In this document: piece after piece, positions 1 to 9,607 of the stretch | How the letters are laid out: every line of letters begins with the position of its first letter | How positions within the stretch are numbered: the stretch's first letter is position 1 | DNA from: Bacteroidota bacterium | Lineage (GTDB): Bacteria; Bacteroidota; Bacteroidia; Bacteroidales; NBLH01 | NCBI GenBank assembly: GCA_039714415.1 | Contig: JBDLJL010000002.1 | Coordinates: 14,269 to 78,268, forward strand | Reading direction: 5' to 3' | Length of the DNA: 64,000 bases | Program-made: the position numbers and the translations under genes | The notes under the pieces: model-generated | Seen by the model: only the letters and a program-made list of their open reading frames with translations | Told to the model about the DNA's origin: nothing | Database searches by the model: none

Positions 1-981
1 AGGCAAATTTTTATTTTAGTGGATGAAAATACCAGGCAGTTTTGTTATCCACAGGTTGAGGAATTTCTGCCGAAAAACATTCAATTAATAAGCATTAAAA
101 GCGGCGAGGAGAATAAAAATATTGAGTTGGTTAAGAATATTTGGGAATCTTTGAGCAAGAATGGGGCAGACCGAAAATCATTATTGATTAATTTGGGTGG
201 TGGTGTTATTGGTGATATGGGAGGATTTGCAGCTTCAACATTTAAAAGGGGAATAGATTTCATTAACTTACCAACTACCTTATTATCACAGGTTGATGCA
301 TCGGTTGGGGGAAAAACAGGCTTTGACTTTTTGGGCTTAAAAAATGAAATAGGCTGTTTTAATTCACCCAAAAAAGTAATTATTTATCCTGGGTTTTTAA
401 AAACGTTGGATGAAGATAATGTTAAGTCTGGTTTTGCTGAAATGATAAAGCATGCATTAATTTATGATTTTCAGCATTTAGAAAAATTGAAAGAGATTAA
501 CTTAAATAAAGATGAAATTAATTATGATGAACTTCTTGAACTGATAAAAAAATCAGTTGCGATAAAAGAGCATTTTGTAAATAATGATCCCTACGAGGCT
601 AATATCCGCAAAGCACTAAATTTTGGTCATACTTTTGGTCATGCTGTTGAAAGCTATTTCCTGAATACTGATAAAGAATTATTACACGGTAAAGCGGTGG
701 CTTTCGGAATAATTTTCGAATTATTTCTTTCAACTAAAAAATGTGCTTTCCCCATGAATCAACTTGGTGAAGTTGCTGAATATATTACTGGAATATATGG
801 CAGGTTGGAATTTTCAAAAGAAAATTATGAAGCTTTCTATCAATTAATGCAACATGATAAAAAAAATGATAAGGCTGAAATTAACTTCACTTTACTGTCA
901 GAAATCGGAACCGCTGAAATAAACCAAACAGCAACAAAAAAGGAAATTTTTGAGGCTTTTGATTTTTACCTGGGCTTATAA
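1..981 (+). CDS. aroB: 3-dehydroquinate synthase, 5' end cut by the window edge (frame is open from base 1)
   Basis: Contains GGGVIGDMGGFAASTFKRGIDFINLPTTLLSQVDASVGGKTG and the HTFGHAVE metal-binding region typical of AroB. There is no stop upstream of the listed GTG at 19. Confidence 0.85.
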   Translation, partial: RQIFILVDENTRQFCYPQVEEFLPKNIQLISIKSGEENKNIELVKNIWESLSKNGADRKSLLINLGGGVIGDMGGFAASTFKRGIDFINLPTTLLSQVDASVGGKTGFDFLGLKNEIGCFNSPKKVIIYPGFLKTLDEDNVKSGFAEMIKHALIYDFQHLEKLKEINLNKDEINYDELLELIKKSVAIKEHFVNNDPYEANIRKALNFGHTFGHAVESYFLNTDKELLHGKAVAFGIIFELFLSTKKCAFPMNQLGEVAEYITGIYGRLEFSKENYEAFYQLMQHDKKNDKAEINFTLLSEIGTAEINQTATKKEIFEAFDFYLGL

Positions 982-1072
982 TAACTGATTGTATTGTTGG
1001 TATTGCCATGATTAAAGGGCTTCATTTAATTGATAAAATTCCTTAACTTTGAAAAAACTCAAATTGAATAAA

Positions 1073-2161
1073 ATGAGAGAATTTAATACATCGGGGCCTA
1101 ATATTCCACATCAGCATTATACAATAGAACGTAAGGGTTTAATAAGTAAAGGTATAAGCTTAGTCGAAAAGTAAAGGTATTTTACAATCTGGGCACCCCG
1201 TCAAACAGGTAAAAGCACGTATTTTAGGCAACTTGCAAAAGAATTAGAAAAAAAGGATTATAAAGTTGCACATATTAATTTTGAAAATTACAGAAACGCA
1301 TCGCTTAATAGTTTCTTATTGAGCTTAATAAGACACCTTAAAGAATCATGGGGTATAGATTTTTCAGAAATAAAAGAAATTGCACGTATTTTTGAGCTAA
1401 TACAAAATTATAAAGAAGAAAAATGTATATTAATTATTGATGAGGTTGAGGGTATTAACAATGAATATTTTGGTGATTTTTTGCATTCAATCAGAAATGC
1501 ATATCATTCACGGGAAAATCATTGTTTAAAAAGTGTAATACTGGTTGGCGTTTCCAATATTGTTGGTGTTGTAAGTGATAATGCTTCACCGTTTAATATT
1601 GCAGATAACCTTGATGTACCTTATTTTACTGCCGAAGAAGTGCACGAACTTCTTCGACAACATGAAACAGAAACAGGCCAGTTATTTGATGAAAACAATA
1701 AATTGAAATTGAACAAATTAATAGCCGGGTATAAAGAATATGCTAAAAGAAGAGGCTTTAATGTTTTCAGGGAAAAAGATAACGATGGAAAATATAGATC
1801 AATAAAAGAAAGTGCATTAATATACAGTTTTGAAACATACATACAGGCATTTTTACAGGTAGTTGAGGGTAAAAGCTACAGGGAGGCTGATACAGGACTT
1901 GGAAAAAGTGATTTAACCATAAATGTACAATCAGAGGAATATTTAATTGAAAGCAAAGTATATTATTACGAAAACCAGTTTCTAAAAGGAAAGAAGCAAC
2001 TGGCTTATTATTGTAAAAGCCTTGGCTTGGATAAAGGTGTTTATCTTGTTTTTTGCCCAAATAATATAGAATATCCTGATTCTATTAAAGAAAAATTTGA
2101 AATGATAGAAAATGTTGAAATTTCGACATTTTTAATTTCTTACGATGAGACAAAGTGGTAA
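1073..2161 (+). pseudogene. AAA-ATPase-like / PD-(D/E)XK nuclease family gene interrupted by one in-frame TAA (1172-1174)
   Basis: The ATG at 1073 opens MREFNTSGPNIPHQHYTIERKGLISKGISLVEK, then TAA. The same frame continues RYFTIWAPRQTGKSTYFRQLAKELEK (Walker A) into the listed ORF 1319-2161, which ends with a D..E.K nuclease-like motif (DLTINVQSEEYLIESK). Confidence 0.7.
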
Positions 2162-2196
2162 GCATTTCTTCAAAATTTATAAAATAAAATAAAATT

Positions 2197-3162
2197 ATGA
2201 TTATAGTTACAGGCTCAGCCGGGTTTATTGGAAGTGCATTTGTGAGTAAACTAAATGCAGAAGGATTTAAGGATGTGGTTTTAGTTGATGATTTCTCAAA
2301 TCCTGAAAAAAATAAAAATATTGAAAATAAAACTTTTACAGAAAAAGTTGACAGGAATGACTTTTTTAATTGGTTAGATAAAAACCATAAATATGTACAG
2401 TTTATATTTCATATTGGTGCCCGTACAGATACAACAGAGTTTGATGTATCCGTTTTTGATGAACTTAATTTGGGTTATACCAAAAATGTATGGAAAGCTT
2501 GTGTTGAATATGGTTTGCCTTTAGTATATGCATCTTCAGCAGCTACTTATGGCATGGGTGAGCATGGTTATAATGATAATCATGAAATTGTAAATCAATT
2601 AAAACCGCTTAATCCTTATGGGGATTCTAAAAACGATTTTGATAAATGGGCATTAGCACAGGAAGACAAACCCTATTTCTGGGCCGGGCTTAAGTTTTTT
2701 AATGTTTACGGGCCAAATGAATTTCATAAAGGACGTATGGCCTCAGTCATTTTTCATGCACACAAACAAATTTTAGAAACAGGTAAGATGAAACTTTTCC
2801 GTTCACACAATCCTGATTATAGGGATGGCGAACAGATCAGAGATTTTGTTTATGTAAAAGATGTAGTTAAAGTATTGTTCTTCTTTTTAAATCATCGTAA
2901 AGATTCCGGATTATATAACCTGGGAACAGGAAAGGCCAGGACATTTCTAGACCTTGTAAAAAATACATTCAGATCCATGGGAGTAAAAGAAAATATTGAG
3001 TTTGTTGATACCCCTGAAGATATTCGCGATAAATACCAATATTTTACAGAAGCAAATATGGAAAAACTGATAAATATTGGCTATCCTGAAGGTTTTTCCT
3101 CTTTAGAAGAAGGAATAGAAGATTATGTGAAAAATTATTTAATAGGTAAGAATTATTTGTAG
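2197..3162 (+). CDS. hldD: ADP-L-glycero-D-manno-heptose 6-epimerase
   Basis: MIIVTGSAGFIGS Rossmann start, YASSAATYG, FFNVYGPNEFHKGRMASV and RDFVYVKDV are colinear with the HldD/RfaD sequence as I recall it. Confidence 0.8.
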   Translation: MIIVTGSAGFIGSAFVSKLNAEGFKDVVLVDDFSNPEKNKNIENKTFTEKVDRNDFFNWLDKNHKYVQFIFHIGARTDTTEFDVSVFDELNLGYTKNVWKACVEYGLPLVYASSAATYGMGEHGYNDNHEIVNQLKPLNPYGDSKNDFDKWALAQEDKPYFWAGLKFFNVYGPNEFHKGRMASVIFHAHKQILETGKMKLFRSHNPDYRDGEQIRDFVYVKDVVKVLFFFLNHRKDSGLYNLGTGKARTFLDLVKNTFRSMGVKENIEFVDTPEDIRDKYQYFTEANMEKLINIGYPEGFSSLEEGIEDYVKNYLIGKNYL

Positions 3163-3371
3163 AGGATAATCAGTTCACAGTTTTTAGTAGAAAAAATACT
3201 TATAAGTAATATGTTTACTTGCAATTGTGAACTGATGGTCACATTATATAAAAGGAAAGTGAAAGTTAAGAGTAATTTAAGTTTGAAATAAAGTCATATT
3301 TCCAAATATACTGAGAAGTTCAAACACAGTATCATTTCATCTTCTAATTTTCACACCTTCACATTTTCAAA

Positions 3372-3707
3372 TTAATTTAACACTTCTTCAAGCTGCTTTT
3401 TAAAGTCAGGCATTTTTTCTTGTATGGCTTTCCAGACTTCATCAGGATCAAATCCAAGGTATTGACTAATGATATTTGGCTTACTTTCCTGAATTTTATG
3501 CCAATCAACCGTATGGTGAATTTCTTTTATTTCCTGGCTGATTTTCATATCCATTTCGGCGATAACCACAAGGTTCATTTTTACAGCATCCCAAACTAGA
3601 TCATTTGAGGTCATATCATGAACACTGCTCATGTCTTCAGTGAATTTTTGAATTTTATTAATTGCTTCGTGTAAGGTTTTTATTTTCAATAATTCTATTT
3701 CCTGCAT
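3372..3707 (-). CDS. DUF86/HepT-like small protein with degenerate RX4HXY motif
   Basis: 111 aa, colinear with DUF86 proteins (AVKMNLVVIAE ... DWHKI ... DPDEVWKAIQEKMPDFKKQLEEVL). The catalytic position reads SKPNIISQY instead of R....H.Y. Confidence 0.55.
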   Translation of the reverse strand: MQEIELLKIKTLHEAINKIQKFTEDMSSVHDMTSNDLVWDAVKMNLVVIAEMDMKISQEIKEIHHTVDWHKIQESKPNIISQYLGFDPDEVWKAIQEKMPDFKKQLEEVLN

Positions 3708-3717
3708 ATGGTCAAAT

Positions 3718-5472
3718 TTATTTTGATGGAATTATCTTCAAATTTAAATCATTAAGCTGAGCATTATCGATTGGTGCGGGTGCATCAATCATAATATCCC
3801 TGCCTGCATTATTTTTAGGAAAAGCAATAACATCCCGGATTGAATCCGAACCATTCAATAAGGCTACCCATCTGTCAAGGCCAAAAGCCGCACCGCCATG
3901 TGGTGGGGCGCCATATTTAAAAGCTTCCATTAAAAAGCCAAATTGAGCTTCGGCTTCTTCTGGTGTAAAGCCAAGTAAGTCAAACATTTTGTGCTGTAGT
4001 TCATTGTCGTATATCCGTATAGAGCCACCGCCAACTTCCACGCCATTAATTACAAAATCATATGCATTTGCCCGAACCTTGCCCGGATCTGTTTTCATTA
4101 ATTCAAGATCTTCTTTCTTTGGTGATGTAAAGGGATGGTGCATCGCATGAAAACGTTTTGAATCATCATCCCATTCTAAAAGCGGGAAATCTACAACCCA
4201 AAGAGGGACGAAATCATCTTTTTTACGTAATTCTAATCGATCACCCATTTCAAGCCTTAATTCATTTAATGCATTTAAACTGTTAGACTTTTCACCGGAA
4301 ATTACTAATAATAAATCACCCGGTTTTGCATTAAAAACCTGTGCCCACTCGCTTAAATCTTCCTGGCTGTAAAATTTATCTACTGATGATTTAAAAGTGC
4401 CATCTTCATTATATTTTGCATAAACTAACCCTTTTGCACCAATTTGCGGTTTTTTTACAAAATCAATTAGCTTATCCAGTTGCTTTCTTGAATAATTTGC
4501 TGCACCATCTACACAAATACCACCTACATACTCCGCATCATCAAAAACTTTAAAGCCTTTATTCTGGGTAACCGAATTTAATTGATGTATTTTCATTCCA
4601 AAACGTAAATCAGGCTTATCAGAACCATAAGAGTTCATTGCTTCTTCGTAGCTCATTACCGGGAAATCACCTTCAAACTCAATTCCTTTAATGGTTTTGA
4701 AAATATATTTAGCCATTCCGGAAAACATGTTAATCACATCATCCTGTGTAACAAACGACATTTCGCAGTCAATTTGAGTAAATTCAGGCTGGCGGTCGGC
4801 ACGGAAATCTTCATCGCGGAAGCACTTAACAATCTGATAGTATCGGTCTAAGCCACCTACCATAAAAAGTTGTTTAAAAACCTGTGGCGATTGTGGCAAA
4901 GCATAAAATTCACCTGCACTTAATCGGGAAGGTACAACAAAATCCCGTGCACCTTCAGGGGTTGATTTAATTAAATAGGGTGTTTCTGCTTCAATAAATT
5001 TATTTTCATCAAGATAATCGCGTACAGCTTTAGAAACTTTGTGTCTTAATATTAAAGCATCACGAACAGGGTTTCTGCGGATATCTAAGTATCGGTATCT
5101 CATCCTCAATTCTTCACCACCATCCGATTCATTTTCAATAGTAAAAGGTGGTGTTTCTGATGCTTTGATTATATCCAGTTTTTCAACAATTATTTCAATA
5201 TCGCCGGTTTCCATATCCGGGTTTTTACTGCTTCGTTCAACCACATTACCTTCCACCTTAATGACAAATTCACGGCCAAGTTTTGTTGCAGCTTCAGCAA
5301 GTTCAGCATTGTTTTCAAGGTCAAAAACCAATTGTGTAATACCATATCGATCACGCAGGTCAACAAATGTCATTCCCCCTAGTTTTCTGATCTTCTGTAC
5401 CCATCCGCTAAGGGTAACTTTATTATTTTGATTTTCAATTCTTAATTCACCGCAATTATGTGTTCTGTACAT
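3718..5472 (-). CDS. aspS: aspartate--tRNA ligase (start taken at ATG 5472, [11 protein letters not shown]; the listed 5487 start is TTG)
   Basis: Class II aaRS motifs are present ([31 protein letters not shown]), and the N-terminal OB fold begins [11 protein letters not shown]. Confidence 0.95.
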   Translation of the reverse strand: MYRTHNCGELRIENQNNKVTLSGWVQKIRKLGGMTFVDLRDRYGITQLVFDLENNAELAEAATKLGREFVIKVEGNVVERSSKNPDMETGDIEIIVEKLDIIKASETPPFTIENESDGGEELRMRYRYLDIRRNPVRDALILRHKVSKAVRDYLDENKFIEAETPYLIKSTPEGARDFVVPSRLSAGEFYALPQSPQVFKQLFMVGGLDRYYQIVKCFRDEDFRADRQPEFTQIDCEMSFVTQDDVINMFSGMAKYIFKTIKGIEFEGDFPVMSYEEAMNSYGSDKPDLRFGMKIHQLNSVTQNKGFKVFDDAEYVGGICVDGAANYSRKQLDKLIDFVKKPQIGAKGLVYAKYNEDGTFKSSVDKFYSQEDLSEWAQVFNAKPGDLLLVISGEKSNSLNALNELRLEMGDRLELRKKDDFVPLWVVDFPLLEWDDDSKRFHAMHHPFTSPKKEDLELMKTDPGKVRANAYDFVINGVEVGGGSIRIYDNELQHKMFDLLGFTPEEAEAQFGFLMEAFKYGAPPHGGAAFGLDRWVALLNGSDSIRDVIAFPKNNAGRDIMIDAPAPIDNAQLNDLNLKIIPSK

Positions 5473-5476
5473 ATTC

Positions 5477-5511
5477 TCAAGTTTCAAGTTTCAAGTTTCA
5501 GGTTCCAAGTT
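5477..5511. repeat. Tandem heptamer array (TCAAGTT x3, then TCAGGTT, CCAAGTT) immediately upstream of the aspS start
   Basis: Read directly: tcaagtt tcaagtt tcaagtt tcaggtt ccaagtt. Confidence 0.85.
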
Positions 5512-5679
5512 CAGACTGATATGCCTTTTAATCTTTTTACCTAAATCTTGTTTAAATCTATTTGACCTTTGTTGTTTGGTTCTTTCGGCTGCGAAAATAT
5601 AAAAAAATCATTAATATTTAGGATTTTGATTTGCTTAGCAGGTTAAATCCTTATCTTTGGTTTTAAATTACTAAATATT

Positions 5680-6126
5680 ATGTCCGATATATTTTTCTCC
5701 GATGAGTATTTTATGAAAGAGGCTTTGAAAGAAGCAAATAAGGCTCTTGATGCTAATGAAGTGCCTATTGGTGCGGTCATTGTTTCAAACAACAAAATTA
5801 TTGCCCGAGGGCATAACCTGACTGAAACCCTGAACGACCCTACAGCCCATGCTGAGATGCAGGCATTTACTGCCGCTACAGAATACCTTGGGGCAAAATA
5901 TCTGAATGAGTGTACGCTTTATGTAACATTAGAACCTTGTACAATGTGTGCCGGAGCAGCCTATTGGTCACAAATTGGAAAAATTGTTTATGGTGCATCA
6001 GATGAAAAAAGAGGTTATCAAAAGCTTAAAACCGATATTCTGCACCCAAAAACAGTGGTCGTTTCAGGTGTTATGGAAAACGAATGTACCACCCTGGTTA
6101 AAGATTTTTTTAAATCCAAACGCTAA
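5680..6126 (+). CDS. tadA: tRNA adenosine(34) deaminase
   Basis: Contains the HAEMQA and LEPCTMCAGA zinc-binding deaminase motifs. Length is 148 aa. Confidence 0.9.
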   Translation: MSDIFFSDEYFMKEALKEANKALDANEVPIGAVIVSNNKIIARGHNLTETLNDPTAHAEMQAFTAATEYLGAKYLNECTLYVTLEPCTMCAGAAYWSQIGKIVYGASDEKRGYQKLKTDILHPKTVVVSGVMENECTTLVKDFFKSKR

Positions 6127-6262
6127 AACACAGTCTAGAAATATTTTATCAGTCATGTCAGGAATAACATTTAATTCCTCAGCTGTTCGGTAAAGTTCCC
6201 GGATGGCTTTTTCCCCTAAATTCAATGAATATTTATTAATAGATAGATCAGTATTTAAACAA
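6099..6262. repeat. Left copy of the direct repeat flanking the cytochrome island (last 9 codons of tadA plus the mqnD 3' fragment)
   Basis: Aligns by eye with 28480-28650. Identity is roughly 80-85 percent over the first 120 nt and decays toward the island side. Confidence 0.8.
6130..6262 (-). pseudogene. Orphan 3'-terminal fragment (about 45 codons) of an mqnD-like gene, with the stop codon lost
   Basis: The translation LSINKYSLNLGEKAIRELYRTAEELNVIPDMTDKIFLD matches the C-terminus of the intact gene at 28510-29340 (YVNEYSLDLGENGKKAIRELYRTATELNVIPKMTDKIFLD). It is part of the left direct repeat. Confidence 0.8.
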
Positions 6263-6416
6263 TACTTTTTCACCTAATTCCTGATTGCTTGAAATTTTTA
6301 ATAGGTTCTGAAAAGTTAGATTCTGTACTTTTGGATACTTAACAAGATTTATTTTGTCCAGATTTATTTAATATTTAATATTGTATAAAGTAAATATATG
6401 AACGTGTTCCAAAAAA

Positions 6417-7424
6417 ATGAGTAAAATTTTTCTTAGAACAGTAATTCTTGGGGGTTTCTTATTTTTCGGTTTTAATATTGTATTCTCACAGGATACAATT
6501 AAAAATGAAAAACACACCTATGTAAGATGGGTAAGTCAATTCCCATCTGTCAAAAAAGAAAAACAGGAATTTTCTAAACGCATTTCGAAGGTTATTTTTG
6601 GAAAAGAACCTCTTTTTTTAAAAAAGCCGTTTAATGTGATCGCTAAAAACCCAAATGATTTCTGGATATTGGATCAGGGAAGAGGAGGTATTGTTCATAT
6701 AAAAAAAAGTTCTGCTGAAATCCCCAGGTTTATTTTAAAAGAATTAGAAGGCTTTACTTCGTTGGTTGGGGTTTCTTCAATTGATGATGGGAAAATTTTA
6801 ATTACAGATTCTCATTTAGATAATGTTTACCTGATAGATTTATTAAAAAAGAAAATAATACCATTAAATGAGGCTCTTATACTAAAACGCCCAACCGGTA
6901 TTGCTTATTCTAAGATTACTGACGAAATTTGGGTGGTAGAAACTGGTTCACATAGTATTTGTGTATTAAATCGAGAAGGAGAGATTCTAAAAAGAATAGG
7001 TCAAAGAGGTAAAGGTCCCGGCGAATTTAATTTCCCTACATTTATATGGATTGACAAGTTAGGTAATGCATATATAGTGGATTCTATGAATTTTAGGATT
7101 CAAATATTTAATAAACAAGGTGAGTTCGTAACTACATTTGGCCAAATTGGAGATGCTTCAGGCTATTTTTCACGACCCAAAGGAATTGCTACAGACTCTT
7201 TTGGAAATATTTATGTGGCCGATGCTTTATTTCATGTGGTTCAAATTTTTGATAAATCTGGTAGATTTTTATACCGATTTGGTCAACAAGGAAATGGCAA
7301 AAGTGAGTTTTGGATGCCTACGGGAATATTTATTGACGAAAAAAACTATATTTATGTGGCAGATAGTTATAATTCCAGGGTACAGGTTTTTCAATTAGTT
7401 ACAAGTGAAAAAGGGGAAAAGTAA
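6417..7424 (+). CDS. Secreted NHL-repeat (6-bladed beta-propeller type) protein
   Basis: It has a signal peptide. Repeated units of the form G.G.GEF.FP..I..D..GN.YV.DS.N.RIQ.F occur, for example GKGPGEFNFPTFIWIDKLGNAYIVDSMNFRIQIFN. Confidence 0.8.
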   Translation: MSKIFLRTVILGGFLFFGFNIVFSQDTIKNEKHTYVRWVSQFPSVKKEKQEFSKRISKVIFGKEPLFLKKPFNVIAKNPNDFWILDQGRGGIVHIKKSSAEIPRFILKELEGFTSLVGVSSIDDGKILITDSHLDNVYLIDLLKKKIIPLNEALILKRPTGIAYSKITDEIWVVETGSHSICVLNREGEILKRIGQRGKGPGEFNFPTFIWIDKLGNAYIVDSMNFRIQIFNKQGEFVTTFGQIGDASGYFSRPKGIATDSFGNIYVADALFHVVQIFDKSGRFLYRFGQQGNGKSEFWMPTGIFIDEKNYIYVADSYNSRVQVFQLVTSEKGEK

Positions 7425-7451
7425 TTAATAGAGGTTAGCTTAAGTTTCAGC

Positions 7452-7487
7452 GACCAACAAGTGGGTTATTTAACCCATTTATTGGTC
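7452..7487. promoter_or_regulatory. Composite palindrome GACCAA-caag-TGGGTTA-tt-TAACCCA-ttta-TTGGTC between the NHL gene and the 12-heme cytochrome gene
   Basis: Read directly. It is not followed by a T run, so it may be either a protein-binding site or a weak terminator. Confidence 0.4.
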
Positions 7488-7694
7488 AAATACCACAAAT
7501 AATTAATAACTGAATAGCTGCTTTTTTAAATACGGAATTAATGATTGGCGAAGATAAAACTTTTTTTACTATTCATAATCAAGTGATTGAAGTTCAAGAG
7601 TTTTTTTTTAATATATTTATTTCATGACAACTATTAAAATCTATTGATTAGGCATTATATATGTGTAATGCTGTTTAGTTTAAAGGTGTATATA

Positions 7695-9401
7695 ATGAAA
7701 AAATTAACAATTAATATATTCTTTATTTTAATATTGTCATCAGGGTTCATAAGTGCTCAATCAGTTATTAGCAGTCTTCATAATTTATCAGTAAGTGGTT
7801 CCGGGACAGTGAAAGCCACTGCAGAATCAGAAGTCTGTTTATTTTGTCATACACCACACAGTTCAAACCCATTAGGACCTTTATGGAACAGAAATGATCC
7901 TGGCTCTACTTATATTATATATGACAATACAATAAGTAGTACTTTTATCGCTATTCCCGGACAACCTGATGGAAGCGCTTTACTTTGCCTTTCATGCCAT
8001 GATGGAACAATTGCCATGGGTAATGTTCTTAGTAGAAGTACAGAAATTGCTATGGCTGGTGGATTTACAACAATTCAGGGACAAAAAAACCTTACAACTG
8101 ACTTATCAGATGACCATCCTGTATCATTTGTTTATAATTCTGCCTTAGCTGCTGCCGATGGTCAGTTAAAATTTCCGCCGGAACATCCCGTAATATTAGA
8201 TAATAATAGTAAGCTACAGTGTACATCTTGTCATGATCCACACAAAAATACATATAAACAGTTTCTGCGGGTATCCAACCAATTCTCAGCATTATGTTTT
8301 AATTGTCATGATAGAAATTATTGGTCAGCATCCAGCCATCAAAGTTCAGTTGCAACATGGAGTGGTGCAGGTATAAACCCGTGGGCACATATTGAAACCC
8401 CTTATCCTAATGTAGCTGAAAATGCATGTCAAAATTGTCATAGCCCACATACTGCTTCTGGCAAAGCTCGTTTGTTGAAATCTGGTTTTGAAGAAAACAA
8501 TTGTTTGGATTGCCATAATGGTAATGTGGCTGCTACCAATATAGAAACTGAATTTAATAAAGCATATCGTCATAATGTATTTGCTTACAACCAGCTTCAT
8601 GATCCACAGGAAAATGCTGATCCTGATGTGATGCATGTTGAATGTGTGGACTGTCATAACCCTCATGCTGTTAATAATTCCACGGCAAATGCGCCAAATG
8701 CAAATGGGTTTTTAGCAGGAGTACGTGGAATTAATCAAGCTGGAATTCCGGTTAATGTGATCCAGTATGAATATGAATTATGTTATCGTTGCCATGCAGA
8801 TAATGCAGTAGTTGCCAGTCCAACTAACAGACAAATTGATTTAAACGACAATAATGTACGTCTTGAATTTGATGTAGCTAACCCATCATATCACCCCATT
8901 GGTGGCGCTGGTCAGAATACTAATGTCCCAAGTTTAATATCTCCATTAAACGAATCCAGTATTATTTATTGCACAAGCTGTCATGCAAGTGATGGAACAA
9001 GCTCACCTGCAGGGCCACATGGTTCAATTTATCCCAGTATCTTGAAATATAGATATGAAACAACAGATTATACCATTGAATCATCTTCAAACTATGAACT
9101 TTGTTACTCCTGCCATAGTCGCGCTTCTATTTTGAATGATGAGTCGTTTATACATTCCGTGCACCTTTTAGATCCTAATAATAGAAATAATCAGACAACT
9201 TGTAATACTTGTCATGACCCGCATGGAATAGACAATAGTCAGGGTAATAGCACTAATAATTCTAATTTAATAAATTTTGACCTTACTATAGTTTTACCAA
9301 ATGGCACAGGAACATTGGAATTTGTTGATACCGGTACTTTTAGTGGTTATTGTGTTTTGCGTTGCCATAATAGGGGGCATAGTGCTGGAATGAGTTATTA
9401 A
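7695..9401 (+). CDS. Secreted multiheme c-type cytochrome with 11 CXXCH plus 1 C-terminal CX3CH (start taken at MKKLTINIFF)
   Basis: Motifs in order: CLFCH, CLSCH, CTSCH, CFNCH, CQNCH, CLDCH, CVDCH, CYRCH, CTSCH, CYSCH, CNTCH, then CVLRCH. The N-terminal CH..H...PLWNR / LCLSCHDGT paired-CXXCH style is present. Confidence 0.88.
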   Translation: MKKLTINIFFILILSSGFISAQSVISSLHNLSVSGSGTVKATAESEVCLFCHTPHSSNPLGPLWNRNDPGSTYIIYDNTISSTFIAIPGQPDGSALLCLSCHDGTIAMGNVLSRSTEIAMAGGFTTIQGQKNLTTDLSDDHPVSFVYNSALAAADGQLKFPPEHPVILDNNSKLQCTSCHDPHKNTYKQFLRVSNQFSALCFNCHDRNYWSASSHQSSVATWSGAGINPWAHIETPYPNVAENACQNCHSPHTASGKARLLKSGFEENNCLDCHNGNVAATNIETEFNKAYRHNVFAYNQLHDPQENADPDVMHVECVDCHNPHAVNNSTANAPNANGFLAGVRGINQAGIPVNVIQYEYELCYRCHADNAVVASPTNRQIDLNDNNVRLEFDVANPSYHPIGGAGQNTNVPSLISPLNESSIIYCTSCHASDGTSSPAGPHGSIYPSILKYRYETTDYTIESSSNYELCYSCHSRASILNDESFIHSVHLLDPNNRNNQTTCNTCHDPHGIDNSQGNSTNNSNLINFDLTIVLPNGTGTLEFVDTGTFSGYCVLRCHNRGHSAGMSY

Positions 9402-9443
9402 TTATGAAAAAAGCTGTATGAAATAAGTCTCGATTTTTTCGGG

Positions 9444-9512
9444 TCGGTTCTTCCGCAGAAGCGGAGGCTATATGGCAAATAGAATAATGAAAAAATAAAC
9501 AGATGAAACAAG
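9444..9512. repeat. About 70-bp intergenic element, copy 1 (GGTTCTTCCGC ... GGCTATATGG ... AAAAAATAAACAGATGAAA)
   Basis: Matches 26441-26513 by eye at roughly 75 percent. A shortened third copy lies at 9566-9616. Confidence 0.7.
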
Positions 9513-9607
9513 CATGTAAAAAATAATTATTTATTTACACACACGAAAATGATTATTTTTTTCATGCGGTTCCATCCGACAAATTGAAATAATTAAAAAA
9601 TTAACGG

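Noticed and set aside
1319-2161. Listed 280-aa ORF as an independent gene
   Set aside because: It is the downstream part of a longer frame (from 1073) that contains the Walker A motif and is broken by one TAA. The TTG start is an artefact of ORF calling.
5039-5431. Antisense ORFs inside long genes (for example 5039-5431, 8346-8666, 24058-24381, 44797-45180, 52007-53080, 56168-56596)
   Set aside because: They are shadow ORFs opposite well-supported genes, with low-complexity or biased composition and no motifs.
6064-6273. Listed 69-aa minus-strand ORF overlapping the end of tadA
   Set aside because: Its conserved part is only the duplicated mqnD C-terminus. The rest is read-through into antisense tadA after loss of the stop. 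It is treated as a pseudogene fragment, not a gene.
9503-9526. Seven-codon ORF MKQACKK as a leader peptide
   Set aside because: It exists only because the duplicated element carries a start codon. There is no evidence of translation or conservation. It is mentioned under the repeat finding only.
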